64,000 bases of DNA from Candidatus Bathyarchaeota archaeon (GCA_963833575.1 CAWHXY010000007.1:352001-416000), one strand, 5' to 3'; positions 1-10,047 are shown, numbered from the stretch's first letter. Program-made: numbers and translations. Notes: a model not told the origin generated them from the sequence alone.

Positions 1-803
1 TTCATGGCTTCTAAGTAGTTTTTAGGTGTGCCAACATCGAACCAGCTACCCTTTAATTTGTAGCCGTAAACTGGGCGTCCAGTTTGGATTACATATGGAA
101 TGAAGTCGTAACCGAAATCTAGCCTGTTTTTTTCTTTAATTATTTGTTGGATGCCTTTTTCCTTGAAGATCTTTCTTATTTCAGGTGAAAGCACGTATAA
201 GCCAGTATTTGCTAATTTGCTAGGTGCATCTTTTGGCAACGGTTTCTCAACAAATCGTTTTATGCATCCGTCTTTGCCGATGTCAGCTATCCCCAAGCCT
301 TCGACGTTTTCAACTTCACGTAGCACGATAGTTAAAGCTGCACATTTTTCTTTGTGGAAATCGATAAGATTTTTTACTTTTATGTCAAATATGTTGTCGC
401 CTTGAACTGCGAAAACTGGGTTGTTGAGTTCGTAGTACTCCATATTTATTCTTGCTGAATCAGCGCTTCCTAAATCCGCGACATTGGGTTGATATTTTAT
501 GTGTATGCGTGGCTTGATGTTGTAGCGAGCTGAGAATCCGTAGCCTGATTCAAAGTAATCGTACAGGTCTCGGTAGTTGGTGTAGCCTTTTACTCCAAAA
601 ATAAAGTTGCGTATGCCTTGACTGGCTAGCGAAAAAAGCGAGAACTCCACAAGCGGCCTGTTTAACATACGTAGGCAGGCTTTGCTTGTTTCAGCCGTCA
701 AGGGCAAAAGACGTGTTGCTTTTCCGCCTACCGGAATTATTACTCTGATCTTTTCAGGCGAATAATTGTCTCCTACTAAAGGCGCATAATTATTGTAGCT
801 CAA
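1..803 (-). CDS. NDP-sugar synthase / sugar-phosphate nucleotidyltransferase (runs off the window start)
   Basis: Not in the ORF track. Manual translation from TTG at 803: MSYNNYAPLVGDNYSPEKIRVIIPVGGKATRLLPLTAETSKACL...QGDNIFD...RFVEKP...ANTGLYVLSP...WFDVGTPKNYLEAM. Has the GGxxTRLxPLT and FVEKP nucleotidyltransferase motifs. Confidence 0.9.
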   Translation of the reverse strand, partial: MSYNNYAPLVGDNYSPEKIRVIIPVGGKATRLLPLTAETSKACLRMLNRPLVEFSLFSLASQGIRNFIFGVKGYTNYRDLYDYFESGYGFSARYNIKPRIHIKYQPNVADLGSADSARINMEYYELNNPVFAVQGDNIFDIKVKNLIDFHKEKCAALTIVLREVENVEGLGIADIGKDGCIKRFVEKPLPKDAPSKLANTGLYVLSPEIRKIFKEKGIQQIIKEKNRLDFGYDFIPYVIQTGRPVYGYKLKGSWFDVGTPKNYLEAM

Positions 804-1030
804 GATTCCACCAGGACTTATTCTTACAAAGATAGGTTATGCCAATCCTTTTAAACTGTTCTTACCCACGGGGCACCGCAAAACGTTTAATTTGCATTTT
901 TTTAGCCCGAATTTTACGGAACTAGTTTCATGCTTGCTTCGTTACTTGAGATTTTGTTTTTCACTGCACTTTTTTTTCTTTGTGTTTTGGGTCGATTTTT
1001 CTATTTAAGGCTTAGTTTAGCTGCAGGTTG

Positions 1031-1110
1031 CGTACAGATTCGGCTAGATTCGTACAGTTTCGTACAGAAAAGTAGAGAAAAGTAGGAAAAAGGTTAGAAA
1101 AGTTTGTAAA
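1031..1110. repeat. Degenerate 10-bp-period tandem repeat in intergenic DNA
   Basis: CGTACAGATT CGGCTAGATT CGTACAGTTT CGTACAGAAA AGTAGAGAAA AGTAGGAAAA AGGTTAGAAA AGTTTGTAAA. Confidence 0.6.
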
Positions 1111-1147
1111 AGTTGAAGTAAGGCTTGTGATTGGAATTTATGTTGAT

Positions 1148-2395
1148 TTAGAGCAGGGATTCGTAGATTTTGCTGGTTTCTTCAGCGACTTTTCTCCAAG
1201 TAAAATATTCCAGCACCCTTCGCCTGCCGTTTTCGCCCCAGTTTCTAGCACGCATCGGGTCACGTAACACTTCATTTATGCCCCATGCAATATCCGCTGG
1301 GTCTTCGCCGTTAATATGCACGCCATTCTGATCTGGACCGCCATTAATCACTTGCTCTTTGAAGCCAACCACTCCTCTTGCGCCAACTACCACAGGTTTC
1401 TCCATAGCCATAGCTTCTAAACTAACAATTCCAAAAGGCTCGTAAATTGATGGAAAAACACAAACATCAGAAGCGGCGTAATGGAGAATGCGTTCTTGTT
1501 CGGATACAAAGTCAAATCGATAAACAATTTTGTCTTTGACGTTTAACCGTTCAGCTGTTTCTTGAATGTGACCTTGTTCTTCACCTTTGCCTAAAATAAC
1601 CAATTTGGTATTAGGGTTCTCTTTTAAAATCAACGGCATTGCCTGCAACAAATTGTTTACGCCTTTTACCCAAGCAAGTCTCCCCACAAAAAGCAGCATG
1701 TTCCACCCGTCCGCAATGCCATATTTTTCTCTGATGGCAACTACGTCTTCTTTCTGAACTCTAACAGGATCATAAGCTTCAGGGTCCACACCGTTCCAGA
1801 CAACACTGATTTTTGCAGGTGGCCAGCCATGTTTTACAAGATCTTCCTGCATAGCGTAGCTCACAGTTATTATTTTATCTGAATTTTGACTCATAGCCCA
1901 CTCTAAATGAGACACTACTTCGGAGCCTGGCCCGCCGCTTCTTCCCCACTCGGTACTGTGCGTGTGGAAAACTACCGGTATCTTAGTTTCGTTTTTGATA
2001 ACTAAGCCAGCTATGCTGCTCAGCCAATCGTGGACACATACAATGTCAAAATTGTATTTTTCTTTTTTAATTAAGCCATTAATAAATTTTGTAGCGCTTA
2101 GGATGTTGTAGATGAAGATGTCGTTGAATAGTTTAATGTTGGTTCCCCATTTTTTCAGGTCATCAACCACGAAAAAAGGCCAGATATTGCTGGCATCAGC
2201 TATCTGGGGCCTATGCACTTCTACGCCTCGAAGGATTTCTCTTGTTTTCGATCCATTGTTATTAAGCGTAAAAACTGAAACGTCGTGTCCGATGTCAACG
2301 TATTCATGGGCGATGTATTCTGCGTAGGTACCTAAGCCACCAACGATTTCAGGAGGATATTCGTAAACGAAGAAGCCTATTCTCAATAGTATCAC
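1148..2395 (-). CDS. Glycosyltransferase family 4 (archaeal glycogen-synthase-like)
   Basis: EYPPEIVGGLG, HDW, FVGRL, KG and EPFGIVSLEAMA motifs; co-oriented with the nucleotidyltransferase. The true start may be TTG at 2386. Confidence 0.88.
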   Translation of the reverse strand: MILLRIGFFVYEYPPEIVGGLGTYAEYIAHEYVDIGHDVSVFTLNNNGSKTREILRGVEVHRPQIADASNIWPFFVVDDLKKWGTNIKLFNDIFIYNILSATKFINGLIKKEKYNFDIVCVHDWLSSIAGLVIKNETKIPVVFHTHSTEWGRSGGPGSEVVSHLEWAMSQNSDKIITVSYAMQEDLVKHGWPPAKISVVWNGVDPEAYDPVRVQKEDVVAIREKYGIADGWNMLLFVGRLAWVKGVNNLLQAMPLILKENPNTKLVILGKGEEQGHIQETAERLNVKDKIVYRFDFVSEQERILHYAASDVCVFPSIYEPFGIVSLEAMAMEKPVVVGARGVVGFKEQVINGGPDQNGVHINGEDPADIAWGINEVLRDPMRARNWGENGRRRVLEYFTWRKVAEETSKIYESLL

Positions 2396-2472
2396 CCTAA
2401 AACTTGATTCTAACTATGGCTTGAATGCTATTTATACTTTAGATTGCGTCAAAAAGCTTGTAGTTAAAGTTC

Positions 2473-2581
2473 CAGAACCGCTTGACCCGGATATAGGAGA
2501 AAAGGGGGAAATGCAAAACCCCTTGAAGGTTATTGCGCGGGTCTAAGCTGGTTCTGAGCGGTGTGGCTATTCGCCGCCACA
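2473..2581. ncRNA. Candidate structured RNA (long stem with inner hairpin plus a second hairpin)
   Basis: CAGAACCGCTTGACCCG (2473-2489) pairs with CGGGTCTAAGCTGGTTCTG (2538-2556); inner AAGGGG/CCCCTT; TGTGGC/GCCACA (2562-2581). GC-rich within AT-rich intergenic DNA. Confidence 0.45.
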
Positions 2582-2685
2582 ATTGAAATGAGTGTATCTC
2601 GGGGATAATCGTTTGTATGTATTCTTAAGATATGCACATTTTGAAGCCAATTCTAAACTGTTTTATAATCCATTAAAATATTCAG

Positions 2686-3243
2686 TTGGCAGTGATGAGT
2701 TTGAAGTCAGCTATGATGATTTACTGGTCAAACACGGGAAACACCCAAAAAGTCGCATTTGCAATTAAAGAAGGCTTAGAAGAGGCAGGGTTAAAAGTAG
2801 ATTTGAAAAACCCGCACGAAGCCGCTGAAGTGGACTTTTTCGACTATGACTTAGTTTGTATCGGTTCTCCGTCAATCGAGTGGCAACCGGCAAAACCAAT
2901 AGCTGACCTGCTAAAGGCTAAACTGAATCTGCATCGAAGTCAAGGAAAAATCAAGCCCTGTGCACCCAAAGTGGAAGGAAAAAATGCGCTAATCTTCTGC
3001 ACTTACTCAGGACCACACACAGGCATTGATGAAGCAACTCCAGCCGGGAAAACAATGCGGCAGTACTTTGAGCATTTTGGCTTTAACGTGGTTGCTGAAT
3101 GGTATATCCCAAGCGAGTTTCATGGAAGAGAAGACTTAAGCACCCGAGGCAAGCTTGGCGACATTAGGGGAAAGCCTACAGCAAAAGATTTAGCCAAGAT
3201 CAAGAAGAAGACGCGTCAATTAGTAAAAGCATTTGGTGAATGA
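2686..3243 (+). CDS. Flavodoxin-like protein
   Basis: YWSNTGNTQKVA FMN-binding loop; YDLVCIGSP. Confidence 0.88.
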   Translation: MAVMSLKSAMMIYWSNTGNTQKVAFAIKEGLEEAGLKVDLKNPHEAAEVDFFDYDLVCIGSPSIEWQPAKPIADLLKAKLNLHRSQGKIKPCAPKVEGKNALIFCTYSGPHTGIDEATPAGKTMRQYFEHFGFNVVAEWYIPSEFHGREDLSTRGKLGDIRGKPTAKDLAKIKKKTRQLVKAFGE

Positions 3244-3523
3244 AATGAAAACTGTTAGTTTACCCGAAAAAATCAGTGACGAATTAGCTAAGACTGCTGA
3301 AGAGTTAACGTTGATGGCAAAAAAGCCAATTTCTCAATCCATGGCAATAAACCTTCTAATCGAAATCTACCATGCGCACCTCAATAACCCATGTGCACTT
3401 GATGCTTTTAGCCAGCAACTAAGAAGTCTAAACGTCATGACGCCAGAAGAATTTGACAAATATTGGGACGAACCCACAAAATCTCAGAAGGTAAAACCGA
3501 AAAAGAAAACGAAAGAAGCATGA
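3233..3523 (+). CDS. Hypothetical protein (possible ribbon-helix-helix-like N-terminus)
   Basis: Overlaps the flavodoxin stop; MKTVSLPEKISDEL pattern. Confidence 0.65.
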   Translation: MVNEMKTVSLPEKISDELAKTAEELTLMAKKPISQSMAINLLIEIYHAHLNNPCALDAFSQQLRSLNVMTPEEFDKYWDEPTKSQKVKPKKKTKEA

Positions 3524-3642
3524 GAGACGACATCCGCCGATTTGTTTGGCTCACGTACAAAATAAGTAACTTCGGAAAAACAAAAGACTAGCTAAACTTA
3601 TAAGAAAACTAATAATTCAAGCGAATTTTCCTTTTCAGCGAG

Positions 3643-4179
3643 TTAAATAATTGCCAAAGTTTTCTTTTTCAGTTCCTCAATCAAGGTATCACGGTTATCT
3701 AAGGTCACTGTAAATACTTCTGCGTCGTCCCTTTGTTTTACCTCGTATATCAGCGGATCTCTCGCTTTGGCGTGTACGACAGCTAGCACGAGTTTGCTGC
3801 TTTCTAATGCCTTTCTTACGGCTTGCTTGAATTTCTGGGAGAAAAGCTCCATAGGACCAATCTCATCAATGACAACAACCGCACATTTTTCAACGGCCTC
3901 TGTTATGGCATTTATACCGATATTTTCGAGATCTTCAAGGTTAACATGGTACTTTCCGATTTGCGGACCTTCTTTCTTTTTCACATGCGCTAGCCACCCG
4001 TGCTTGCCGTTGGTTAAATCTATGATTTCAAAGCCGACTCTCACATTGCCTTCCCGGACTTCTCGACTTATCATGCCGCCTACACTGACGCCCCTCGTTT
4101 TAAGCGCCTCCACCATCTTTATGAGCACTGTTGTTTTCCCAATACCCGGAGCACCTGTAAGTATCAAAACCCGCTTCAA
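3643..4179 (-). CDS. Nucleoside-triphosphatase (THEP1/NTPase_1 family)
   Basis: GAPGIGKTT Walker A; RVGFEIIDL; VIDEIGPMEL. Confidence 0.93.
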   Translation of the reverse strand: MKRVLILTGAPGIGKTTVLIKMVEALKTRGVSVGGMISREVREGNVRVGFEIIDLTNGKHGWLAHVKKKEGPQIGKYHVNLEDLENIGINAITEAVEKCAVVVIDEIGPMELFSQKFKQAVRKALESSKLVLAVVHAKARDPLIYEVKQRDDAEVFTVTLDNRDTLIEELKKKTLAII

Positions 4180-4258
4180 TCACTTCGCACCAGTTTTAAC
4201 CAGAAGTCTAATAGGCGATAAAATTCTTTTCATAAACAAACTTTGGAGCACTCACTGA

Positions 4259-5470
4259 ATGGTTGATGACGGATACAAAGCCGATTTTCCAAGCGAAATA
4301 ATCAAGGAAGGCAAAGTCCAAATCTTAGTGCCTAAACTTGAATCCTATGGGGTTATCCCATCTGATTATGCGCCTTCTCGAGCTCCAGTCTTCTATAATC
4401 CTGTCATGGAATTTAATCGAGACCTAACGGTTCTAGCGTTCCAGGCCTATCAACTCATAGTTAACCACGACATTTCGATCTGCGACCCCTTAACCAGCCA
4501 GGGTCTACGAGGCATTCGCTTCGCCGCAGAAATAGAAGGCGTAAAAAAAGTCTTAATAAGTGACATCAACGAGCATGCATACAAACTTGCCAAACATAAT
4601 GTGCTGCTTAACAGGTTAGAAGGCAAAATCGCAGTTAAACATAAGGATGCAAACGCTGTTTTGAGCTGCAACGCTTCTCCCAAGAAAAGATTCGACATTG
4701 TTGATATTGATCCGTTTGGCACACCCGCACCATTTTTAGATTCAGCTTTTCGAGCTATTCGCAATAATGGCTTAGTGGCGTCAACAGCAACCGACCTCGC
4801 TCCCCTTTGCGGAGTCCACGCTAAAGCGTGCGTTCGAAAATATGGCGGCAGACCTATGCGAACTGAATATTGCCATGAACTTGCGGTTAGGCTTTTAGCA
4901 GGCTGCACGACCACTTTAGCCGCCAAACATGACATCGGTATAAAAGTACTCTTTAGCCACAGCAGCGAACATTACATCAGACTATATACACAAATCGCAT
5001 ATGGCGCCAAAAAAGCAGATGAAAGCATCAAAACCCTCGGTTATATCCTTCATTGCTATAATTGCCTTCATCGGGAAACCACTCATCAACCCTTCAGTAA
5101 CCTGCAATGTCCTGAGTGTGGTACTAAAATGGATTACTCAGGTCCCCTGTGGCTTGGGAACCTACTCGATTCAGACTTCATTGACTTAATGATAATAGAA
5201 AATAAGTCAGTGGCTTTCAAAAACAGCGCAAGAATCACAAAACTTCTCAGCCAAACTAAAGACGAAGCTTCAGCACCCCTAACTTACTATGTTGTTGACA
5301 AGATAAGCAGAAAACTTGGTTTACCCTCGCCTTCGATGCAAGCCTTCATTGACTCCATTCGCAAAAACTGTTTCCAAGCAGTGCCAACACATTTTAACCC
5401 CAGAGGAATCAAAACAAACGCGTCAGCCTTAAAAATGCAGAAACTTCTCAGGGACTTAACGATCGCTTAA
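4259..5470 (+). CDS. trm1: tRNA (guanine26-N2)-dimethyltransferase
   Basis: VFYNPVMEFNRD, GLRGIRF, DIDPFGTP, TATDLAPLCG, CxxC...CxxC zinc site, GPLWLG, THF...GIKTNA. Confidence 0.96.
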   Translation: MVDDGYKADFPSEIIKEGKVQILVPKLESYGVIPSDYAPSRAPVFYNPVMEFNRDLTVLAFQAYQLIVNHDISICDPLTSQGLRGIRFAAEIEGVKKVLISDINEHAYKLAKHNVLLNRLEGKIAVKHKDANAVLSCNASPKKRFDIVDIDPFGTPAPFLDSAFRAIRNNGLVASTATDLAPLCGVHAKACVRKYGGRPMRTEYCHELAVRLLAGCTTTLAAKHDIGIKVLFSHSSEHYIRLYTQIAYGAKKADESIKTLGYILHCYNCLHRETTHQPFSNLQCPECGTKMDYSGPLWLGNLLDSDFIDLMIIENKSVAFKNSARITKLLSQTKDEASAPLTYYVVDKISRKLGLPSPSMQAFIDSIRKNCFQAVPTHFNPRGIKTNASALKMQKLLRDLTIA

Positions 5471-5635
5471 CAGAGGAAAATGTACCAAAGAGATCTTTTG
5501 GATTTTCATCTTCAGTGGAGTCTTAATGAGGGTTGTTGGAGTAATTTTGAGGACTGCTTCCTACTTAAGAAGTCGGGAGTTGTCAACAAAAGTTTAAAGA
5601 GCAAAAACAACAGTCCTTAAAGCTAGTGAACAGTT

Positions 5636-6442
5636 ATGAACGACAAAATAACGGTAATCGGCGCTGGCATGATGGGCGGTGCCATAATCAAGAGCCTAAT
5701 CAAAGGAGGATATAAAGGCAAAATAACGGCAGTTGACATCGAAGTTGAAAAGCTCAAGGAATTCGAAGACATTGGGGTAAAGACGACATCTGACAACAAA
5801 AAAGCTGCCAGTGACGCAGACATCGTTTTCATCATCGTTAAGCCAGGTGATGTGGAAAAGGTTCTCAAAGAAATCAGCAAGGAAATTAAGGAAAAACTGT
5901 TGGTTTCTGTTGCTGCGACTGTGCCGTTGAGCTTTTTGAAGAAAAATGCGCCTGATGCAAAGATAGTGCGTATAATGCCTAACCTTGGCGCTTTGGTGCA
6001 AGCAGCTTACACTGCTTATGTTTGCGACACAAACGTTAACGCTGAGGATAAGGATAAAGTTAAAGCAATTTTGAATATGATGGGCATCTCTGAGGAAATG
6101 GACGAGAAATACATGGATGCAATTACCGCAGTAAGCGGCAGTGGGCCAGGTTACATGTCAATAATTATAGAGGCTTTAACGTATGCAGGCTTGAAAGTTG
6201 GGTTACCCCGTAACATAGCGTTAAAGTGTGCAGCACAAACCGTAATGGGCACAGGAAAGCTCGTTCTTGACTTGCCTGAGGACCCCGCGAAAATCAGGGA
6301 CATGACCACAACTCCGGGCGGAACAACTATCGAAGCCATATACCAGATTGAGCAAAGCCAAATCAGACCGGCAATGATACGTGCAATCGAGGAAGCCACA
6401 AAGAAAAGCCAAGCCATCAGAGAAAAACTAAACCTAACATAG
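5636..6442 (+). CDS. proC: Pyrroline-5-carboxylate reductase
   Basis: IGAGMMG, VKP, RIMPN, TAVSGSGPGY, TTPGGTT. Confidence 0.96.
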   Translation: MNDKITVIGAGMMGGAIIKSLIKGGYKGKITAVDIEVEKLKEFEDIGVKTTSDNKKAASDADIVFIIVKPGDVEKVLKEISKEIKEKLLVSVAATVPLSFLKKNAPDAKIVRIMPNLGALVQAAYTAYVCDTNVNAEDKDKVKAILNMMGISEEMDEKYMDAITAVSGSGPGYMSIIIEALTYAGLKVGLPRNIALKCAAQTVMGTGKLVLDLPEDPAKIRDMTTTPGGTTIEAIYQIEQSQIRPAMIRAIEEATKKSQAIREKLNLT

Positions 6443-6446
6443 CAGA

Positions 6447-7109
6447 TTGGCCATGTTTAGCACTGCTATTTTCTATTGGGATGGCACATTAGCTGACACA
6501 CGACAAGCAATTGTTATCTCATTTCAAAAAACCCTAACCGAAATCAATTGTGAAGTAAGCGACGAATATATTGAACGGCGAATCGGAATTGGCGCATCAG
6601 AAACTTTTCGAGATGTGCTGCGAACAGCTAAAGTGCCTTTTGAGGAAGGACTAATTCAGCAGTTGGTTAAACGCAAGAGCCAGCTTGAAATCGAATTATC
6701 AAATCAAGTGAAACTTTTTCCAGGCGCAAGAGAATTACTTGAATCTTTGTGTGGCAAAGTCAAAATGGGATTAGCATCAATGAATAACCGTTCAGTGATT
6801 GCTCATATGGTAAATGCAATCGGCCTGGAAAAGTATTTTGAAGTTATCTTAACTGCTGAATCAATTTTACATTCAAAACCCGATCCAGAAATTTTTCTGA
6901 AAACCGCATCTAACCTAAAGACAAGTCCTGAAAAATGTGTAGTTTTTGAGGATTCGATTTTTGGTGTTAAAGCTGCCAAATCTGCTCAAACGGGCTGTGT
7001 CGCTGTCACCACAGGCGTTTACTCTCGAGAGGAACTTGAAGTGGAAAAGCCTGATTTAGTTGTTAAGACGTTGAGTGATAGTCGAATTCTGTCGTTTATT
7101 TTGCGGTAA
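6447..7109 (+). CDS. HAD-superfamily phosphatase (beta-PGM/Gph-like) with altered motif I
   Basis: IFYWDGTLADT (motif I first Asp replaced by Tyr); KPDPEIF; VFEDSIFGVKAA. Confidence 0.85.
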   Translation: MAMFSTAIFYWDGTLADTRQAIVISFQKTLTEINCEVSDEYIERRIGIGASETFRDVLRTAKVPFEEGLIQQLVKRKSQLEIELSNQVKLFPGARELLESLCGKVKMGLASMNNRSVIAHMVNAIGLEKYFEVILTAESILHSKPDPEIFLKTASNLKTSPEKCVVFEDSIFGVKAAKSAQTGCVAVTTGVYSREELEVEKPDLVVKTLSDSRILSFILR

Positions 7110-7204
7110 TCTGATCTTGTGATTGGGTGTTGACAGTCACATAGCTTTAAGAATTTTTTCAATTAATAATATCTTATTCTCAAACTGTAGGAAAGGACAA
7201 TATT

Positions 7205-7477
7205 TTGCGAAATCTGGTTTTAAACAAAAAATTGAAGTTTCCTGTTTTTCAGGTTCTATTGCTAGATAATAATGCTGGAGAAGACGTTGAAGTTCAAGAA
7301 GCAACACAGCTAAACTTTCTCAAGGTTAAAGAGCACCTCAGAAACGGTGGATCAGTCTTCATAACAAGCAAAGACACACAAAAAACAGTTTATCCTAAAA
7401 CCAAAGCTCAGCAGAACTACAACAGATCAAGAAGAATCTATGGAGCCCTCTTCCGACAGCAGCGGAGAACCCCCTAA
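7205..7477 (+). CDS. Hypothetical protein
   Basis: 90-aa ORF preceded by TATA-like TTTAAG/TTAATA; no recognised domain. Confidence 0.6.
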   Translation: MRNLVLNKKLKFPVFQVLLLDNNAGEDVEVQEATQLNFLKVKEHLRNGGSVFITSKDTQKTVYPKTKAQQNYNRSRRIYGALFRQQRRTP

Positions 7478-7481
7478 ACAT

Positions 7482-7547
7482 GTGACGTGCATCCTCAAAG
7501 TTTTCCTTTACCCCTCTCTCTTCCTTAAGTTTTTGGGTGCACGCCAC
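7482..7547 (+). other. Stem-loop with pyrimidine-rich loop, 3' of ORF 7205-7477
   Basis: GTGACGTGCATCC (7482-7494) pairs with GGGTGCACGCCAC (7535-7547) around TTTTCCTTTACCCCTCTCTCTTCCTT. Confidence 0.5.
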
Positions 7548-7809
7548 TCCCACTAACAAGATTTAAAATTAAAAGAATTGTTTTGAAAGAACAACAACAG
7601 CTGAGGATACATTTTTTGAACTCTTTGTTTTGGGTTGCTTTGTTGATTTAGGGTTTGAAAAGATATTCGTTAAGATTTTAGTTTAAATTTCTATCAATAA
7701 TAAGTGCTAAAACATACTCTTTTTAATTCAAATCTGAGAACACAAGAATTAGATTATGGGCAGCAGTTACAGTTGTTTGTTTTGAGCTATTTTTCACTTC
7801 ATTGATGAT

Positions 7810-8260
7810 TTATTTTAGGTTCTTTGCGAACTCTTCTGCAAGTTTGAGGTCGTCTGAGTTTGGTCTACCTTTTTTTGTTCCGCGAATTAGCTTGAATGGC
7901 CCCCAAGTGTTTAGTCCAGCACAATTATATTCTCCAATAATCGAGTATCCTTTAGATTGCAACTCCTCTCTGAGAAGTGAGTGATATTTGGGTGCGTTCT
8001 TAGTATTCGCACAAGTAGAGAAAATGAACGCTTTTTTGTTAGTGCTTTTAGGGAGTTCATTTACGAATTTACGAAGAGTTTTGTGGTGTCTTCCAGCGTA
8101 AATTCCTGAACCGAAACCAACAAGGTCGTATTGTTGAAGTTCATCGGGATTAGTTTCTTCTGGTTTCTTTATTTTTGCATCAAGTGGCTTTTGCGATAAC
8201 TTCTGCTACTTTTTGGGTGTTGTTATGATGATATGAAACCAAGATTATTAGAGACTTCAT
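7810..8260 (-). pseudogene. Flavodoxin with a single +1 frameshift
   Basis: MKSLIILVSYHHNNTQKVAEVIAK, then one extra A near 8190. Corrected frame reads PLDAKI...YDLVGFGSGIYAGRHH...AFIFSTC...GPFKLIRGTKKGRPNSDDLKLAEEFAKNLK*. Length 451 = 3n+1. Confidence 0.85.
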
Positions 8261-8560
8261 GAGTTACTCAACTTATCCAGCTCATTGTTTGAATTTGTTA
8301 TTAACTTCTTCCTAACCAAGAACGCTTTGCCGGTTCTAAAGGAGACAGAAGCAACAACCCCTGCAATTTTGGATTAGTATTATTTCGAACCTCCAAATGC
8401 GTGGAGATGTCACCCGCATTCCCTTTTTTTAGTTCTAAGAAAGGTTATGTTTTGTTTCTTTGCTTATTTCTTTAGCCTATTCTGCAGGTTAACTAATATG
8501 ATGTTTTTCTCATAAGATTTAATAGCAGACTTTCATTGAAATTAGACCCTTGGTGCAAAA

Positions 8561-8859
8561 ATGCTTCTATTGGCTAAGAACAAGAAACTTAGCTCCTGGT
8601 TATTTGCTGCTGGGTATTATTAATTGAACTCGTGGTTTGCTTAGGCACATATACCACTGTGGAAATGTTTTGTCAAACGAATTTCAGTATAGTAGTTCCC
8701 ATACCTAGACAAGTTCAACCGTATCAGCCGATAGGAGCTAGTTTATTAATTACAGCATTCGTAATGTTTGCAATTTCACTTTACCAACCCAAAGAAAAAA
8801 TTGAGAAAATTGAACTTACAAGGCGAATAAAAGAGCCCAGAAAAAAATGTCTTCGCTGA
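8561..8859 (+). pseudogene. Small membrane protein, probably frameshifted near 8612
   Basis: ATG at 8561 gives MLLLAKNKKLSSWLFAAG then a stop. One added base joins it to VLLIELVVCLGTY...IGASLLITAFVMFAISLY (two TM segments). Confidence 0.45.
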
Positions 8860-8981
8860 TTTCAGTCAAAGTTTCTTGAATGAGCTGTTTAGGAAATGAT
8901 AGATGGTTTTATCTTCAAAATATCCAAAAAATTATTATTTCATCAAGAGACACATTATTGGGAACGCAACAATTGCATAGA

Positions 8982-9509
8982 ATGTATAAACTATTGATTA
9001 TTATGGTGGTAATTCTTGCCGTTTTAGCAGTTGCTATAATAATGGTAATTAATTACGATAGGTTACAAAGTGGTAATAACTCTTCTCCAAGCCTCACATC
9101 AAGAAGCGATGTCAACAATGGGCTGCAACTCTCAATTACTCTTCATGCAATTAACGCCCAATATAAATTAGGGGAAGCGATGCCAATAACCTTTACAATC
9201 ACTAATAGCAAGCAATCAATAAATTTCTATAACACTTATGTAAGTTCAAAGTTTAACTTCCAAGTCTATAACTGTTCTCATAGCAAAATTTACTCATGGT
9301 TTTTGGGAGCTTATTCTCTGACTAATGAAACTATAGCTCTTGGTCCTCAAGAGAGTTATTCGAAAACTCTTGATTAGTCTCAAGATAGTAATATGGGAAC
9401 TTTGAGTCACCAAGTCCCCGCTGGAACCTATTACATTGAAGGCGAAATTGGGGAAAACACGCCATACCAATTTCAAACGTCACAACTAAAATTGACTGTT
9501 ACACAATAA
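8982..9509 (+). pseudogene. Membrane-anchored Ig-like (BsuPI-like) protein interrupted by an in-frame TAG
   Basis: N-terminal TM; GLQLSITL...YKLGE...ITFTITN...FNFQVYN...LGPQESYSKTLD-TAG(9375)-SQDSN...VPAGTYYIEG...* ending at 9509. Confidence 0.7.
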
Positions 9510-9924
9510 TCGGATTATGATTTCTTGACCCGTGTTGTCGAGTTTCTCGATTTGAGGGAAAATTTAAGTTACTTAAACTGAAGCCAAAATTCAAGTTCAA
9601 TGGTTAAATTTTTAGCGTTGAAGTTTAAGTCACTAAATACTATATGGCTGATTTCCAAGATAACACGGATTGTTTCAAGAAATTCTTTGCAGAATTGCGT
9701 TTCTTATATTAATTCACTATTACATAAGAATCAATGAACACATGCAAAAATGCTTTGAGTTTTAAAAAATTTCTCAACTCGTATAGAAAAGGATTCTGTG
9801 AACTCTCAGAGGGAAGCTTCTCCATGTAAACTTTCAAGGGTTCTGGTTAATCTTAAAACTTTAACTAAATACATTCATGGAACACATATAAAATATTTAG
9901 ACAGAGAGACTTAGATAGTTTGCT

Positions 9925-10047
9925 TTATCGTAATTTTCTCTCTTGTCTTTTTAACTCAAATTCTTTTTTTCGTAGGGCTTCTTTGGCGTCGCCTAATGTA
10001 ACAACTTCAACGGTGTTTCCAGCGATAACGACTTTAAATGCTACCAT
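9925..10047 (-). CDS. Small 40-aa protein (not in ORF track)
   Basis: MVAFKVVIAGNTVEVVTLGDAKEALRKKEFELKRQERKLR*; purine-rich leader; beta-hairpin plus charged-helix pattern. Confidence 0.5.
   Translation of the reverse strand: MVAFKVVIAGNTVEVVTLGDAKEALRKKEFELKRQERKLR

Noticed and set aside
8395-8430. AATGCG/CGCATT hairpin followed by a T run
   Set aside because: Looks like a terminator but no upstream plus-strand gene could be assigned; too short to call.
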